DNA from: Alphaproteobacteria bacterium
GTDB lineage: Bacteria; Pseudomonadota; Alphaproteobacteria; Micavibrionales; UBA2020
Assembly: GCA_027483355.1 (NCBI GenBank)
Contig: JAIXUW010000355.1
Coordinates: forward strand, 1 to 44,737
Direction of reading: 5' to 3'
DNA: 44,737 bases
A program made the position numbers and the translations under genes. Below the pieces are notes generated by a model that ran no database searches, was not told where the DNA came from, and was given only the letters and a program-made list of their open reading frames with translations. Position 1 is the stretch's first letter, and every line of letters begins with the position of its first letter. Positions 1 through 7,196 of the stretch are shown here, one piece after another.

Positions 1-471
1 AGTGTCTTGCCAACTAATGTTGCAAAATTCATCGCTGCGGAATTTTTCATCGATCTGATGGAATCCATGCTCTCGTGTCCAGTTAAGAACAGATAAAAAC
101 ATATCAACAACTGTTCCTGCGCCGTCAAAGAATTCTCCTGCACCGGCTTCAGCAGGTTTAAATCCGCGAGCATATTTTCTTTCGTATTGCCGCAGGCAGG
201 ATAACGTCAGCTCAATTGCTTGGGAAAAGTCAGCCTTTTGATCCCGAAAAATTTTTGGCACGGAAAAAAATGCCGCATTTTGAAAGCAAACAAGGCCGAC
301 AAATTCTAATCTAAATGCGTCGGTGGTCGAACCCTGTGTTTTCCGCAGAACCAGCTGGCTCTGCAAAAATTGAATATCGTCGTTTGAGATTCCCAAGCGG
401 TTTTTCCAAAAATCACGCGTACCGACAGTGCCTTCAAACAGTATTTGTGAAGATTCTTTTTTAGACGTCAC
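1..471 (-). CDS. Partial CDS (N-terminal ~157 codons, continues past window start); probable nuclease partner (McrC / LlaJI-R2 position) of the adjacent McrB-like GTPase
   Basis: Absent from the ORF track because it is truncated. My translation from GTG 469-471 (VTSKKESSQILFEGTVGTRDFWKNRLGISNDD...) stays open to position 1. It starts 7 nt after the stop of the McrB-like gene. Function is inferred from gene order only; no catalytic motif is visible in this part. Confidence 0.45.
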   Translation of the reverse strand, partial: MTSKKESSQILFEGTVGTRDFWKNRLGISNDDIQFLQSQLVLRKTQGSTTDAFRLEFVGLVCFQNAAFFSVPKIFRDQKADFSQAIELTLSCLRQYERKYARGFKPAEAGAGEFFDGAGTVVDMFLSVLNWTREHGFHQIDEKFRSDEFCNISWQDT

Positions 472-478
472 TAGGCGC

Positions 479-1786
479 TCACTGCGTTAACGAACCCAAA
501 GGCGAACCGTCGCCCATAGCCCACGCCTTTTCAAGGTCTGCGAAGGTTTGGATGCCATCGAAAAAAAGGTGGGAACGGGATTTTAAAACATCGTTCCATA
601 TATAGCCCCACAAATCCTCGTATATGGCCCCAGGGTTGCCAAGTTTTCTTTCTGGAAGCATATAAGGGCCAATGAATTTATCCTCAGAAACGCCCTCAAT
701 GGATTTCAATTTGTTATTGATGGCGGAGCGGAGCGTTCCCCAAGGAATATTTGCCCCGCCATATTTTACATTAGAGGAATCATAGCTGCCGGTGACAAGA
801 TAAGAGATGTATTGCTTGTCCCACCGCCGTAAAAAAGCCGCATCTAATTGACGGGCGTTTTGATCTGCACGGTTCATTGTCGCCCATATGTACAAATTAG
901 GAGGGAAGCGGATATTCCCAACTGCTACATGATCGTGCCAGACTTCGTTAAACGTGAGCCAGCTCCAAATATCTGGTCTTGGTTCGATCTCGTAGGTGCT
1001 ATAGCCTTTCAGGGCATGGGCTTGATCTTCAATACGATCAAGTAATTGTAGTGTATCTCCAAATACGTGAGCGGCGACGGCTCTACTTAACTCTTCGATA
1101 ATCAAAACCACAGAGCGATCGGGATATGTACAAGCCAGATAATATGCTTTCAGCAAAGAACCCGCTTGAACCACATATTGCACATAGGGTTCACCCGGGA
1201 CATCTATGCTGGAGCCTGAAAATTTAGGTTGTTCAGTGAGTATCCTATAAATCGATTGAGGACGAAGAGCCCCAACAAAATCTGAATACGAGGATTCCGG
1301 ATGCAAAACGGTCCGGATAACATAGTGAGCCGCTGAAGCGTCTTGTTCGAGTTGATGACTTTTTCCCGATCCAGGGCAGCCGTGAATAATTCTCTGCAAA
1401 GGCGCCTGCAAAGGAAACTTGCCTTTTGGGTTGTGAGGAATATCGAGGGGATGGCGCGCCTCATCTTTGAGGATTGTTTCCGGACTCTGTTGAGAGTTCT
1501 TTTGCTGTATGGCGATTTTCAACGAGTCTTTTGAAATAGCCTCGCCAAAAGTATATTCCTTGGTGGGGCTTCCTTTTCTGGCGCCGGATATGGCTCGCGT
1601 CATGCCCCCAGTTGCAACAATATATTTTTCCTTGACGAGCGCCTTAATAAGACCAGGCTTTTCTACGGAGCCAGGTTCAATCCCCTCAATATAACGCCAT
1701 ATTTCATCAGAGGGAAAGCAATGTCCCGATTTTGTTGCCGCGAACAGACGTTTAATTGCATCTACACTCTCCGACATAGCTGCCAC
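479..1786 (-). CDS. McrB-family AAA+ GTPase restriction subunit (LlaJI-R1-like)
   Basis: Walker A is GCPGSGKS and a Walker B-like VLIIEELSRA is present. The McrB signature ATMNRADQNARQLDAAFLRRW is also present. The codon at 1786 is GTG; ATG at 1777 with GGTGG 5 nt upstream is the more likely start. Confidence 0.8.
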   Translation of the reverse strand: MAAMSESVDAIKRLFAATKSGHCFPSDEIWRYIEGIEPGSVEKPGLIKALVKEKYIVATGGMTRAISGARKGSPTKEYTFGEAISKDSLKIAIQQKNSQQSPETILKDEARHPLDIPHNPKGKFPLQAPLQRIIHGCPGSGKSHQLEQDASAAHYVIRTVLHPESSYSDFVGALRPQSIYRILTEQPKFSGSSIDVPGEPYVQYVVQAGSLLKAYYLACTYPDRSVVLIIEELSRAVAAHVFGDTLQLLDRIEDQAHALKGYSTYEIEPRPDIWSWLTFNEVWHDHVAVGNIRFPPNLYIWATMNRADQNARQLDAAFLRRWDKQYISYLVTGSYDSSNVKYGGANIPWGTLRSAINNKLKSIEGVSEDKFIGPYMLPERKLGNPGAIYEDLWGYIWNDVLKSRSHLFFDGIQTFADLEKAWAMGDGSPLGSLTQ

Positions 1787-1791
1787 CCGTC

Positions 1792-3069
1792 TTAGTTACT
1801 TTTAAGATGTTCTGCGACAGCGCGAGCTACTGCCAGCCCAACGAGCGGGGGGACTGAGTTCGCGACTTGTCTATGCTGATCGAGATCACGCACACTACCG
1901 CTTCTGCCGCGCACTGGCCCTTGCAACACGTAGTCGTCAGGAAATCCATGAATCCTCATATATTCTCGTGGCGTTAAGTAACGATCTTGACTCGGGTGGA
2001 AGAAAATTTCCCCACAGCGAAGAGTGTTGCTTTGCTTGGCTCTTCCGAGGCGCAAAAATTTAGTGGTGTCCTTTGGAGATAGCCTGCCTCTTACTGAGGC
2101 CGGTGCGGTGAAGGTTTTGGCCAGATATTCACCTTCAGCGACAAAGCTGATCCTGTGCTTGTCGCCGGCAGGAGTAATATCGATATGGTTGGGGAATTTG
2201 GGCGTTTTGCCTTTGAGAACTGGCTTTGGCAATTTTGAAATCGCCGCTCCAACCGTTGCATACTCGCTTTTCGGAAGTGGGGCAAAAGGAAACTCAAAAG
2301 CTCCAATGCCACGCACAGCTACAATGAAGAGCCGCTTGCGGCTCTGGGCTACCCCGAAATCTGCTGAGTTTAAAACTTGCATTGAGACTTTGTAACCTAA
2401 GTTCTCCAATGCTTTGCTGAGATCACGAACGACGCCGCCCGTCTCTCCTCGCAAGTTTTTTGCAGACAGAAGAGCCTTGACGTTCTCAATAATAATGGCT
2501 TTGGGCATAAGCGCCTTGGCGTATTTCACCATAGTGAATAACAACGCTCCCCGCTCATCGTTTAGGCTTTGAAGCTTTCCAATCTGGCTGAAGGTTTGGC
2601 AGGGCGGCCCACCAAACAATAAGTCCAAATCGCCAGTACGCAATCCAAGCCTTTTCTTTAAAGCATTAAGCTCAACAGCGTTTACGTCTGCATTTATGAT
2701 TTCCGCATGACGAAAATATTTTGGCTGATTGCTGGAAAGCGTGGCGCAGCAATTTGCATCTTTCTCTATGCATGCAAGAGTTTTGAAGCCCGCTGCTTCA
2801 ACTCCTATATCCAAGCCTCCGCCTCCAGAAAAAAGAGAAATCGCTGTCTTGCCTTTCGCTACGGATCGACGTCTGGATTTTTCTAATGCGAATTCCAGGG
2901 CATTGTGGTCAGAGCTATATTCCGATGATGCGTTCGAAGAACGATGCAGGACAAGATTGGTCATAAATATTCCCCGGGTATATGCGCAATTAAGCACAAG
3001 AATCTCAAGGCAATACTGCAACCCATTTGAGCCACAGTCAACTGAAAAAGAAGAACGAAATGTGAACAT
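1792..3069 (-). CDS. DNA (cytosine-5)-methyltransferase
   Basis: Motif I SLFSGGGGLDIG, motif IV GGPPCQTFS, motif VI IIENV, motif VIII QSRKRLFIVA and motif X ANSVPPLV are all present. The internal ATG at 2964 (MTNLVLH, GGGGA upstream) is a likelier start than 3069. Confidence 0.9.
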   Translation of the reverse strand: MFTFRSSFSVDCGSNGLQYCLEILVLNCAYTRGIFMTNLVLHRSSNASSEYSSDHNALEFALEKSRRRSVAKGKTAISLFSGGGGLDIGVEAAGFKTLACIEKDANCCATLSSNQPKYFRHAEIINADVNAVELNALKKRLGLRTGDLDLLFGGPPCQTFSQIGKLQSLNDERGALLFTMVKYAKALMPKAIIIENVKALLSAKNLRGETGGVVRDLSKALENLGYKVSMQVLNSADFGVAQSRKRLFIVAVRGIGAFEFPFAPLPKSEYATVGAAISKLPKPVLKGKTPKFPNHIDITPAGDKHRISFVAEGEYLAKTFTAPASVRGRLSPKDTTKFLRLGRAKQSNTLRCGEIFFHPSQDRYLTPREYMRIHGFPDDYVLQGPVRGRSGSVRDLDQHRQVANSVPPLVGLAVARAVAEHLKSN

Positions 3070-3128
3070 TATTGCTTATGAATAAGTCATTGACCTCAAG
3101 ATCAAAAATTATTAAAAATACTTTTCGG

Positions 3129-3362
3129 TCAGTTAAGGCATTCCCTAATTTGCGCTCTTAACAGAGCGTAGTCTTGCAAGGCCACAACAAAGACGGCGTC
3201 TTCAGGGGCTTGTTTTATTTCCTCTGCCAGTTTCCGCTGAAATTCCTTGCTGTATCTCTTTATTGGTGGACAGACGGCCGGATCAGAATTTGCCGTCGCG
3301 CAGGCGGTCAACAAGCTCACCGCGATTGCGAGGGGCATCCAGCGTCGCACGAAGTTGGGCAT
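3129..3362 (-). CDS. o-spanin (Rz1-like outer-membrane lipoprotein)
   Basis: ATG at 3362 is preceded by GGAGA at a 6-nt spacing. The signal peptide plus lipobox reads AVSLLTAC. The mature part is short. The start lies inside the i-spanin ORF in another frame. Confidence 0.7.
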   Translation of the reverse strand: MPNFVRRWMPLAIAVSLLTACATANSDPAVCPPIKRYSKEFQRKLAEEIKQAPEDAVFVVALQDYALLRAQIRECLN

Positions 3363-3522
3363 TTTTAATCTCCAATGATTTCTTAAGTTGCTCCACGCGC
3401 TCGGCATTACGCCCCGCCTGCCGTGCGCCAAACATAACTGTCGCCACCGACAACGCCGCCACGCTCCAACCGACGATCCGTAGGAGGTTGCCGGAGAGCC
3501 ATGTTTTTATAATTGCCCACAT
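3283..3522 (-). CDS. i-spanin (Rz-like)
   Basis: It has an N-terminal TM helix (LLRIVGWSVAALSVATVMF) followed by a charged coiled-coil-like segment. There is a TAATG overlap with the upstream endolysin-like gene. It overlaps the o-spanin by 80 nt. Confidence 0.65.
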   Translation of the reverse strand: MWAIIKTWLSGNLLRIVGWSVAALSVATVMFGARQAGRNAERVEQLKKSLEIKNAQLRATLDAPRNRGELVDRLRDGKF

Positions 3523-4181
3523 TAGCGAAGCCCTTTGCGACGATCATCGATCCGTGCCCAGAGCATGACCCCGATACCGATCAGGGTAACGGCCAGCAAG
3601 GCCCATTTTGCGGCATCCAGATACGGTGCGATCCCTGTAAGCGCGTCACGGGCGGGATCGATGGTCTGCTGGACAGCCTCCACCATACCAAGACCAGCGG
3701 TGGCGGCAGTCGCTGTCTGTCCACCCTTAACCGTGCGTGTTTTTTGTAGGCTGGGGGTTTCCGGCTCCACTCCCGCAAGGACAAGAGCTTTAGTGATTTC
3801 TGCGTCTGTATAGGGCTGTTGGCCGTTTTCGTGGCGGATGATGGCTTTGACCACTGGTTCAAGATGTGCGAATTTGTGCATATCTAGGGGGCGGTCTGCC
3901 TCGAAACCCGTGGCTTTTTCAACAGAGGCGACGTATGCCGCTGTGTCGTTTTCATTCGCAGGCGCCCAGCGGCAGATAATTTGACGTATAGTGCGGAGCT
4001 TGTGTTCGTCCTGATAGTTGATCAGCACCCGTGCCAGTGCGCGGATGCCGTAAATGGCCGTCTTGAATGTGAAAAACTCACGGTCGGTCTGTGGCACGGC
4101 AAGGCCTTGCCACGGATCAGACGTCCGCCGAATATTTCCAGGATTGTGGTTTCGTATGCCGCGAGGGGTTCGGGTTGTCAT
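3522..4181 (-). CDS. Endolysin-like cell-wall hydrolase (RNHNPGNIR motif family) with C-terminal membrane anchor
   Basis: The N-terminal NPGNIR-type motif is seen in phage virion/lysis proteins. A C-terminal hydrophobic helix reads WALLAVTLIGIGVMLWA. It lies between the holin-like gene and the spanins. The SD is AAGGAGAG. Confidence 0.55.
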   Translation of the reverse strand: MTTRTPRGIRNHNPGNIRRTSDPWQGLAVPQTDREFFTFKTAIYGIRALARVLINYQDEHKLRTIRQIICRWAPANENDTAAYVASVEKATGFEADRPLDMHKFAHLEPVVKAIIRHENGQQPYTDAEITKALVLAGVEPETPSLQKTRTVKGGQTATAATAGLGMVEAVQQTIDPARDALTGIAPYLDAAKWALLAVTLIGIGVMLWARIDDRRKGLR

Positions 4182-4198
4182 GATTTCTCTCCTTTTGA

Positions 4199-4468
4199 TT
4201 ATCCGCCGACTTTCACGCCAGCGAGGTATGCGAGGCCAATAACGACCGCCATAATCGTTGTTTTGATGATAACGGAAACGGCAGTTTTAAGGGCTTCGGA
4301 TTTGACGATACGGCAGGCACGTAGCCAGTCGCGCAGGTCGCGGATGTCGTTTCCTGCTTCAGTATCATTGAGGCCAAGATCGGCCAGCGCCTGTTTTGCA
4401 CCTGTGTGTGCGGCCTGCGTCAATAAGGCCTGTAGCTCCAACCTTGTAAGCGCGATGCTTTCTTCCAT
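4199..4468 (-). CDS. Small membrane protein, holin candidate
   Basis: 89 aa with one C-terminal TM segment (TIMAVVIGLAYLAGV). It sits immediately upstream of the endolysin-like gene. The call rests on position and topology only. Confidence 0.4.
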   Translation of the reverse strand: MEESIALTRLELQALLTQAAHTGAKQALADLGLNDTEAGNDIRDLRDWLRACRIVKSEALKTAVSVIIKTTIMAVVIGLAYLAGVKVGG

Positions 4469-4471
4469 ATT

Positions 4472-4885
4472 TTATGTTCCTTCCGGATAGGGTGGTTGCT
4501 TCGGCAACGAACCGATGCCTGTTTGAAAAATCTCGCGCAGGCTGGCGACGTATTCCTGCCATGCGACGGGAAAGGCAATGCCTGCCTTAACGCATCGAAG
4601 GGCGGTAATATCGGATTGGATCAGCGCGTCATAGGCGCGATCCTTTAAAAGGTCGGCCTTCTCTTCTTCCGTGCGTTCTCGCATCTGCCAGACCTGCACG
4701 AAGTTTTTGTCGATAATGAAGTCTGTGACCACCACCGCATCGGTATCGGACGGGCGCGGCATTTCCATGACGGGGTGAAGGTCTGGGATTTCATCCTTTG
4801 GAAAATTGGCGGGATACTTCGTTCCGTCCGCGCCGACATAGGGGGCGTTATCAGCGATGGGGGTAAGGGTTTCGTCTGTGTACAT
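4472..4885 (-). CDS. Tail fibre assembly (Tfa-like) protein candidate
   Basis: 137 aa, located downstream of the tail fibre genes. The C-terminal half has the Tfa-like pattern (EEEKADLL...WQEYVASLREI). Confidence 0.45.
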   Translation of the reverse strand: MYTDETLTPIADNAPYVGADGTKYPANFPKDEIPDLHPVMEMPRPSDTDAVVVTDFIIDKNFVQVWQMRERTEEEKADLLKDRAYDALIQSDITALRCVKAGIAFPVAWQEYVASLREIFQTGIGSLPKQPPYPEGT

Positions 4886-4897
4886 TTTCCGTCTCTT

Positions 4898-5551
4898 TTA
4901 TTTGAAGCCGATGATATGCAGCCCAAAGCCGCTGAGCGTCCCGCTATAGGTCACGGCAACGCCGACCCCTGAGCCGCTTGCAGGCATGACTTTCATGGCA
5001 CTGCTGTGTGTATTGGTTCCGTCATACGCATGATCGGCCTGTTCTATAAGTCCGGCGGAGCCGGACCATGTGAAAGACCCCGTGGTATACGTTTTGGCAT
5101 GGGCAATGACGATGGTGTTTGGATCATAGGTGATGCTCTGAGAAAGCGGTGACGTTGTGTCAACGGCGGTAAAGTCGGGCGTCGTGGATTTGATATTATC
5201 GATAGCGTACACGTCGATGGTCGTTGCGGCCTGCAATGTAGACCAGTTAATTGTGACGGTGCCTGTTTCCCCCGTTGGAACGATGGCGGAAATCGTCGCG
5301 ATAGAGCCGTTACCGATAGACGTGTTGAGGTGGATCGTTGCGGAAACGCCGCCAATCGTGGCTGAAGCAACCGTACCTCCGGCGTCTCGGTAGCCCGCAA
5401 CGCAGACTACGACCAGGCGTGTTGGGGACGGTGTGCCAAAATTTACCCCAGAGAAAGAATAGTTGGTCAGTGTGGCGGCAGATTCTTTGCCATCGACATA
5501 GGTGCAGGTCGGCGACGCTTCGCTAAAATGCATGACAGGAAAGGTAAGCAT
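4898..5551 (-). CDS. Phage structural protein of unknown function, paralogue of 5561-6193
   Basis: The N-terminus MLTFPVMHF matches MFTFPMSQF of its neighbour, and the two share R.VVV...A and VPTG.T blocks. Composition is Gly/Ser/Thr-rich and beta-like. The SD is AGAGAGG. Confidence 0.6.
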   Translation of the reverse strand: MLTFPVMHFSEASPTCTYVDGKESAATLTNYSFSGVNFGTPSPTRLVVVCVAGYRDAGGTVASATIGGVSATIHLNTSIGNGSIATISAIVPTGETGTVTINWSTLQAATTIDVYAIDNIKSTTPDFTAVDTTSPLSQSITYDPNTIVIAHAKTYTTGSFTWSGSAGLIEQADHAYDGTNTHSSAMKVMPASGSGVGVAVTYSGTLSGFGLHIIGFK

Positions 5552-5560
5552 GAGACCTCT

Positions 5561-6193
5561 CTATATAAAGATGGCGGCAGCTCCATAACCGGAGGAATAG
5601 GTATTGCTTCCAGTCAGCGTCAACGTGGCGGCACCTGGGGCGTCGGCCTTGGCATGAGCGCCAACCCAGCTGGAGTTTCCACTACCTGACGTGCTGAAAG
5701 CGTCCGTTACGACATCGGTCAGGACGCCGGAAACGGATGCGGAATACGAGGACTGTGTTGACCTTGAACGGGCGATACCGATGATGACGGATGGCTGGGC
5801 AGGCATTGTGGGCGAAATGATATAATTCGCGCCCGATACCGTGCCGTTCAAAACCTGATCCAGCGCGGTCACGCCTGTGATGACCCACCCAAACATCCGT
5901 GTTCCGTTCGTACAGGCAAGATTTGCAGTCGTTCCTGTAGGAACAAAGGCATAGGCCATGACCATCGGGTCTGAAATCGCTGGCTGGACCAGAATTGTGG
6001 CAGCACTTCCATTGATGGTTGGCGTACCAAAAGCCGATGCGGCATCCAGTTCACGCTGGGCGGCAACCACAACCACACGATCTGACCTGGCCGGGCCGAT
6101 ATCAAGACTCGTGCCACTACCATTCGTAAAAGCACCCAGAAAGGAAACTTGCGGTGCGCCGCCGCCAAACTGGCTCATAGGAAAGGTAAACAT
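5561..6193 (-). CDS. Phage structural protein of unknown function, paralogue of 4898-5551
   Basis: See the paralogue at 4898-5551. There is a TAATG overlap with the tail fibre gene. Confidence 0.6.
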   Translation of the reverse strand: MFTFPMSQFGGGAPQVSFLGAFTNGSGTSLDIGPARSDRVVVVAAQRELDAASAFGTPTINGSAATILVQPAISDPMVMAYAFVPTGTTANLACTNGTRMFGWVITGVTALDQVLNGTVSGANYIISPTMPAQPSVIIGIARSRSTQSSYSASVSGVLTDVVTDAFSTSGSGNSSWVGAHAKADAPGAATLTLTGSNTYSSGYGAAAIFI

Positions 6194-7185
6194 TACGAGA
6201 AAGCCTTCTGGCAGACGCCATACATATTTGTGCCGTCGGTGACAAAGGTCAGGATATCGACGGCATTGGCAGTGGTGGAAAGAACGGGTGTTACTCCATT
6301 GGGAAATTTATAAACAGCGTTGTAGGCCAGTGTTCTTCCGCCTGTGGCATCCTGCTTGACGATGAGGACGTAGGTCGCGCCCGCCACCTTGTTGCTGGGG
6401 TTGCCAAGGGTGCGGTTGCCACCCAAGGTGACCGTACAGACCTGGTTATTCGAAGAGTCCCAAGCGATGGTCGAGGCATCGGTCAGCGTCGTTGCCGTAA
6501 AATTCTGGGTCTTGGTATAGCCCTGCGCCACGTTGGTTTTGGCGGTATTGGCATCATAGGCCTGGACGTTCGCGCCAATGGCAAGGCCAAGGTTCGTGCG
6601 CGCACCTGCGGCGGTTGTCGCGCCCGTGCCGCCAAGCGCGATGGAGGTGACGCCACTATCGTTCAAAAGAACAAAGTTCGTGCCATCATAGATCAGCAGA
6701 TAAACGCCGTTGGCATCCAGCATTCCTGCCGCGAGGTTCGCGCCTGTCAGAGTCTTGATTGTCTTTGCAGGCAGGTCATTGACGGCGAGTGTTGATGTTC
6801 CGCTGTTGGTATTGGCAGGCTTGAGGGTAACGACCTGTCCCACAACATAGGTGGCGATAGCGGGTGATGGTGCGATAGCATAGGCATCCGCGCTTCCGGT
6901 ATCGGCGGCGTAATTCAAATACCGGATGGCGGCTGTACCAAAGTAAGGCGTGAAAGTGTTCGTAACACTATTTACTTCACCCATGACGATCCAGTCCGAA
7001 CCGTCATGGACTTTCAAAAGCCAGGGTGTCTCGTTATCGTCCATCCATATCATGCCTGCCTCGGCATAAGTGGGGGCGGTCGAGCCCTTATGGTGGTTAA
7101 GAAGAGCGCGCTTGGCGTTGTTGTCCTGGGTGCGGTATGTCAGGCCGGAGAGGTTTGCGCCCAATATGGGGGTGGATTGTGTCAT
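6193..7185 (-). CDS. Tail fibre protein
   Basis: 330 aa and Gly/Thr/Asn/Ala-rich. It lies directly downstream of the J-like gene. The SD is AAAGGAGG. Confidence 0.65.
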   Translation of the reverse strand: MTQSTPILGANLSGLTYRTQDNNAKRALLNHHKGSTAPTYAEAGMIWMDDNETPWLLKVHDGSDWIVMGEVNSVTNTFTPYFGTAAIRYLNYAADTGSADAYAIAPSPAIATYVVGQVVTLKPANTNSGTSTLAVNDLPAKTIKTLTGANLAAGMLDANGVYLLIYDGTNFVLLNDSGVTSIALGGTGATTAAGARTNLGLAIGANVQAYDANTAKTNVAQGYTKTQNFTATTLTDASTIAWDSSNNQVCTVTLGGNRTLGNPSNKVAGATYVLIVKQDATGGRTLAYNAVYKFPNGVTPVLSTTANAVDILTFVTDGTNMYGVCQKAFS

Positions 7186-7196
7186 GTCGCCTCCTT

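Noticed and set aside
4898-7185. Diversity-generating retroelement or invertible shufflon acting on the duplicated fibre-associated genes
   Set aside because: There is no reverse transcriptase, no template repeat, and no invertase or inverted repeats nearby. The paralogues are too diverged for a TR/VR pair.
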